Shown here: positions 39,159-45,400 of the stretch, piece after piece
Layout of the letters: every line of letters begins with the position of its first letter
Numbering within the stretch: the stretch's first letter is position 1
Source of the DNA: Macrostomum lignano
Lineage: Eukaryota
NCBI GenBank assembly: GCA_002269645.1
Contig: NIVC01000737.1
Span: forward strand, 1-45,400
Length of the DNA: 45,400 nucleotides
Reading direction: 5' to 3'
Notes under the pieces: model-generated
What the model saw: only the letters and a program-made list of their open reading frames with translations
Databases searched by the model: none
Told to the model about the DNA's origin: nothing
Translations under genes and position numbers: made by a program

Positions 39159-42137
39159 CTGAAATAGAAGGTAAGACTACATAGTTAAGAATGCATATGG
39201 TAAGTATGACGGACAGACACTGAGACAACCGCTGAGACTGTGAGACAGACACTGAGGCAGACACTAGGACAGACACTGAGACACTAAGAGAGGCTGAGGC
39301 AGACTGATTACAACCTGCCAAGCCTACTGACTGATTATGACAGTTTTCTGAAACCTCTACCGGAGACTGAGACAGACACTAGATAGACAGTTTTTAAATA
39401 AGCTATTCTAGTACTGCTTAAATACTACTAACGCTGATTTAAGTAGCATCTGTCGTTTTATCTAAGCAGATCATATTACTGCTTGGAAATAAATATTTAA
39501 TAAAACCTGAAAATGACGAATCGAGGTTACACTTGTGTCTGGATTAAAAATCTTGCGCTTCAATTTCTTCCTTATTTAATGATCATAACATAGAGTTTAA
39601 AACAGTAGAGCTCAGTTGTAGAGGTTTCAGAAAAGTGTCATTATCAGCCAGTAGGCTTGGCAGGCCGTAATAAGTTAAACAACAGCATTGCACACTGGTT
39701 CAATTAATATTAAAAGATAGTACTTAGGAATGCTGTTCAATGCAACCAATTGAGTTCAATTTCAGCACACCAGCAGCCAAAAAGGAGCTATAGGTTCAGG
39801 GGGATTTCCCCTACCCAGACAATTTCTTTTGCTGTGCCAAAATGGAGCAATGCAGGAAAATTTTTGTTGTTGAGGAAAATATCCCTTTGGTACTTAGTAG
39901 TTCTACTGTTAAGATGGCCTCTGTGCAATCAGGTTTGTGACAAAAAAATCTTTTGTCTCTTATGAGGATTTGTTCCCATTGGGATGAGCACTTAAAAGCT
40001 TAATCAAATCACATGTATAAAATACTTACTGCCAGCATGTTCTTCACGAAGAAACTGATGCGAAGGATTTCCAACCATCTAAAAAAATTATTGTTGAAGC
40101 GCCAATATAATGTAATCCTTTTTTAAACTTGGAAATTGATTGGAATCTTTCTACTATTTTGAATGCATATGTCAGTTGCAGATCAAGGATTTCTGCTTGG
40201 GGGGGGCAGCAGCAGGGTCTAAACTGGTACCAAAACCAAAAGTGCCACATAGCGCCAGAAAGCTGCCATTTTGCTATAAAAATAAAAAAGTACCATTTGT
40301 GTGACAAGTACGAGTAGATTAAGTTTGACAAACTATAGCAGTGGGGGCAGATACCTAAATCCACACCTACCATAGGTACTTAAGAAGTTTAAAAAATTAA
40401 TGACATTTGCAATGACAATCTGTAGTTTGAAAAATTGCCATCGAAAGGCAATTTTGCTGACATAATTTAATTATATGATTATTGTCTTTTTTCAATCTTA
40501 GATAGTTTGATTGCCTGGCCTATGCCTAGCTCAGCTTTATACAAAATGTTCTATTATGTTCTATTGAAGCCTTTTGATTGAGCCTGTTGGTGCCTCTAAA
40601 GGATACAGTTTACAGATTGATGTGTTGCTTGGCATAAAATCTTAGCTGATTTTTTACTTCTAGTATGGTATCGTGGCATTGCCATGGGTTTGATTTTCTA
40701 TTCAGAGGTGTAGGACCATATAAAAATCTTGAAATTTATTTAGACAGTTCCGTAGGGTACATGACTAAGACAGTTACATACCAGGACAGCTGCAACTTCA
40801 ACTTAAGTTTTAAATTTTATTTAAAACAAGCTAGTCTCATTTTTTTTAACTCATGACAGGTATGTTGGTTTGAAGAAGGCAAATTTTTTATTTGCTTTAG
40901 TTTTAATTATAAATATAATATTGTAATTTGTACATTTAACTTTCACCTATTTGGCATAATAAACTACACCTTTATAAATCAATTACTTCTAATTATTATT
41001 TTAAAGCTGAAGTAGTCAACTGTCAAATTGGCCTGCATAAGAAAAGCAATGAAACATATACTCGTAGTACTAACATCTGTAATAATAACTGAAAAAGCAC
41101 TTTATTGTTGATTATCCATTGAATATTTTAGAAAATCTTATCTGTGAGCCAGTGGCTGTCTTAGTGTGTCGCTAGCTTGGTCTTATCCATTGCTATAAAC
41201 TACTGCTAAAGTAAGGAGTCTTTGAAACCATCTCCTAATACTAAAGCTGACGTTTCAACTAAAAGTAATAGGCACCAAGAACCACAAAAATAAATGTTGT
41301 AAGACCAAGATGGTCACACACCAAGATAGCCACAGCATTGAATCTCTCTATTCTTTTCCTCTGTACCATCAATTAGCAACTCAATAGCTATTGTAATATT
41401 AACTAATATGTTTAATACTAATGGTAGGCTCAGGTAGACTCCAAAAATCAACTTGAAACTAATTACCTATAATAAAAAAATAAAATCTTTTTCTGTGTTT
41501 ATGCCAATTTATTCCCTATCATTGCATTGGTCAAATCTATCTATCACCATTAGTATTAGTTTATTAAGAAACCATTGCTACTAGTAATGCTATTCAAAAA
41601 AGGATATAAATGCAACAAGGTATGTATTTTGTGCTAGGTTGCATGCTTTACTTAGTAGATAAATATATATAGGTCAGGCTATAATAAAAGCTAAAGCAAA
41701 AGGAATGTTCTTAATTCAAAATAATTCTATTATAGCATCTATTTCTCAAGACTGAAAGATCTATCTATATGATGTATATCTAATACAGATTAATACCAAC
41801 AAAAAATGATTATCTATTTATACATTTAGGGCTGCGGCCATCTTGGTATGTGGCCATCTAGGTCAAGCGCCAAATAAATATGTGTATTTATTTCGTTTAT
41901 TTACTAGTCAAAATAATCCCGTGCATGCACGCCTGCTCGTCAATTTCTGAAGTTAAAAACTTCTGAAAAATTATCGCGTGTATGAATTAAAAAGAAAAAC
42001 AAATTTCTAGTCAGATAGCCCAATATTTAGGTTAATAAAAACGGTAACACCACAAAGACACAGACAATAAATATTTTCCATCGCATAAAACTACTATACA
42101 AAATTAATGCGCGAGTACCATAAACTAACTACTAGTA

Positions 42138-42361
42138 CACCTTTTCACGTTCAATTTTGAACAAAGTCCAGTTCTAAAAAAACTAGCGGAAATTCAATTC
42201 AGACAATTCAGACTGGGGCAACAAAACCCAGTTCAAAACATTCTGCTACGGAAGCGAGGTTTAGCCATAGACAAAATTGTCCCCAGTCTAAATTGTCTGA
42301 ATTGAATTTCCGCTAGTTTTTTTAGAACTGGACTTTGTTCAAAATTGAACGTGAAAAGGTG
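42138..42361. mobile_element. MITE with ~70-85-bp TIRs and TA flanks (Tc1/mariner-like), 224 bp
   Basis: TA|CACCTTTTCACGTTCAATTTTGAACAAAGTCC... pairs with ...GGACTTTGTTCAAAATTGAACGTGAAAAGGTG|TA. The match is perfect for about 70 bp. Confidence 0.85.
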
Positions 42362-43412
42362 TACAACGTTAAAATATAACTCTCATAGACATGACTCTTA
42401 AGAGAGATAAGACTAGATCTACACAAAAATCTATGCAGTGAACAAAATAAGGGCAAAGCCCATAAGTTAAAGTGGAATTGCTATCGCATGTAGATAGCAA
42501 CCTAGTGTCCAGTGTCCTTTGATCGTACGAGTAAATTAATTTTTTAATTTTGAATTTAACGAATGTGAGATTTTTAATTTTCGCGTCAATTTGAATTTTG
42601 TTTAAATTTTTAGTTTGTTTTAACTTCGTGTTGAAATTCAAAACTTATTTTCTCTGTCTTTTTCGCATAATATTTACAAACGGATGCAGTATATATTAAA
42701 TGACAAATACAAGTACAGAGGCGATTGATTTTATGCCTTTATCAGACATCCACAAATTAGAAAAACAGCACTTTGTGAATTAGGAAATTGGAAATTGGAA
42801 ATTGGTCTGTCTATCACTTATCAATAACTCGTTTGGTATACCTTATTTTGCTATAAAAACGTTCAGAACGAAAATGTGCCTCGCTTCTTGTGCCTGTATT
42901 ATTCTTCTTTGACCAAATTTCCACTAAATTTAGGAGCATAAAAGACTATAGATTCGTAGCATAATGCAATTCTAAGCTAAGCTAGACATAATAAAAGAAA
43001 ATATAATGAGTACAATGCAATTTAGGACCAACCGGCCACGTTTGCTTACCTTTGGGATAAAATAAAGATAAAAAGCTTAGGATTAAAAATCTCTGAACCT
43101 TAAGGTTAAACTGATTCAATTATAGTTTAATAAATGATAGGTATTGAAAAGTCGGATACTATTAGTTGAATGAAACGCGTTAAGTATTGAAAGATTGCAA
43201 TTCCTTGCAGCTAAAACGAAACGCGTTCTGGGAGTTTTTTAAATTTGGAAGAGTTGGGAAAGACAAAGAGCCGTCTTCATCCAGCATACATTAATATACG
43301 AGAAATGAGTCACGGATGTGCAGCGTTTTCAGCTAGCTTCATTGCTAGTACAGTGCTAGTACGCTAGTGCGCACTACCGTCCACACTCACCCCACACCCA
43401 CCCCTCTCCGCT

Positions 43413-43520
43413 TGTGGGCTGGCTTCCGCTAAGGGAGCCCATCCCACCGTGGGGATGGGTCCCGCTAGCGGGAAGCCGTTAGCGGGATTTTTTGCGTGGG
43501 ATGGGTCCGCTAGCGGGAAG
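43413..43520. repeat. GC-rich palindromic dispersed repeat (copy 2, inverted relative to 1858-1950)
   Basis: Contains CCCATCCCACCGTGGGGATGGG and CCGCTAGCGG palindromes; aligns to copy 1. Confidence 0.7.
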
Positions 43521-43969
43521 CCAACAGCGAAAGAAACTTTTTTTAACAAGGGCTCCTCGCTCGGACTTTGGGGTAGTTACTTCAAAAAAAGAAATTTTTC
43601 AAAAAAAAATTTGAACTTCTTTTTGAAGGCAAAACAAATTTTTCAAAAAGTAGTGCTTTTTTGCAAGCGTCAACATACTTGCGGCTTAACATCACTAAAT
43701 TCGTACGCGCCAAACGCTTAGCTTTACGCTTTACGTAGTGATTGCCGGTTTCTGGCCATTTTCTGCCGCAGCGGAGGTTGCATGAGGAGGACACTATAGG
43801 GCCCTGGTGCCGCCAGCACCGTTGTAGTCCTCGCAACGAGCTGGAGCACCAGTGCGACGCTTCCAGCCTGCGTACCGAGTGCAGCAGCAGCAGCTGCGGA
43901 AAGGTCCGTCTCCGATGTGCCGGTCTGGTATTGAAGGCCATCGCTGATTGGCGACCTTGATTAAATAGA

Positions 43970-44966
<997 letters not shown>

Positions 44967-44976
44967 ATACCTACCG

Positions 44977-45065
44977 AATTCTCTGTCGCTAAGCATCCTC
45001 TCTGAGCTGTCGAGCTCAAACATGTCGATGGTCTTCTTGCGTCGATTTTTAGTCAGAGTCAACGG
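44977..45065 (-). CDS. Possible small coding exon (PLTLTKNRRKKTIDMFELDSSERMLSDREF)
   Basis: TTGCAG acceptor and CG|GTAGGT donor bracket an open, higher-GC segment just before the GATA tract. No domain recognised. Confidence 0.3.
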
Positions 45066-45400
45066 CTGCAACCGGAGTTGTAGGTGACTATAATTTGCAT
45101 TGAATAGATACATCTGACAAGTCGTCGGCTTAAAACAAAGTGAATGAAACTCTAGACTACATCATTGTACGAACTATATGGATAGGCTCAGCTTACAATG
45201 CCTTGGCCAGCCGAAGATGACAGACTATTTTTAGCCACCAACGAGTCGTAAAACTGTAGTTGGCCACCTTTCGGCGACAGCGGCAAGGTCGTCGCGTGTC
45301 CTGCAGTTGGAAGAAACAATTATCGCAAGCACAATATATTGCCTTGGTGGAAAAATCAAATAACGAGTAATTATGTTTTGTTACTTAGCGAGCAGGCTTA

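Noticed and set aside
39750-42641. Short ORFs in the AT-rich 39.7-42.6 kb region
   Set aside because: No domains, no coding bias and no consistent splice chain.

Overview
This is repeat-rich eukaryotic (animal) genomic DNA; the repeat and retroelement style suggests a flatworm such as Macrostomum, but that is inference. It has GT-AG introns and no prokaryotic genes, rRNA, tRNA or CRISPR array. The main result is a same-strand three-gene cluster at 9.6-21.1 kb. Gene 1 is an intact, spliced CxC-cluster KDZ (Kyakuja-Dileera-Zisupton) transposase of 808 aa. Gene 2 is a spliced 300-aa protein joining two C2H2-like zinc fingers to a SETD8/PR-Set7-type (H4K20) methyltransferase domain. Gene 3 is a diverged zinc-finger-only paralog of gene 2. 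Each gene is followed by a near-identical poly(A)-plus-spacer module, giving a cassette-like array. A full-length R1/LOA-like LINE (ORF1; endonuclease-RT-RNase H ORF2) sits just after the SET gene, flanked by an exact 281-bp duplication. The rest of the window holds two exons of a host gene, a 4.8-kb GCGC-rich 140/160-bp satellite, a 6.8-kb foldback-like inverted repeat with 387-bp tandem arrays, two RTE fragments, several MITE-like hairpins, GATA-family micro- and minisatellites, and an uncharacterised minus-strand coding region at 37.8-39.2 kb. The transposon termini could not be defined by eye. All family assignments come from motif recognition, not database searches.
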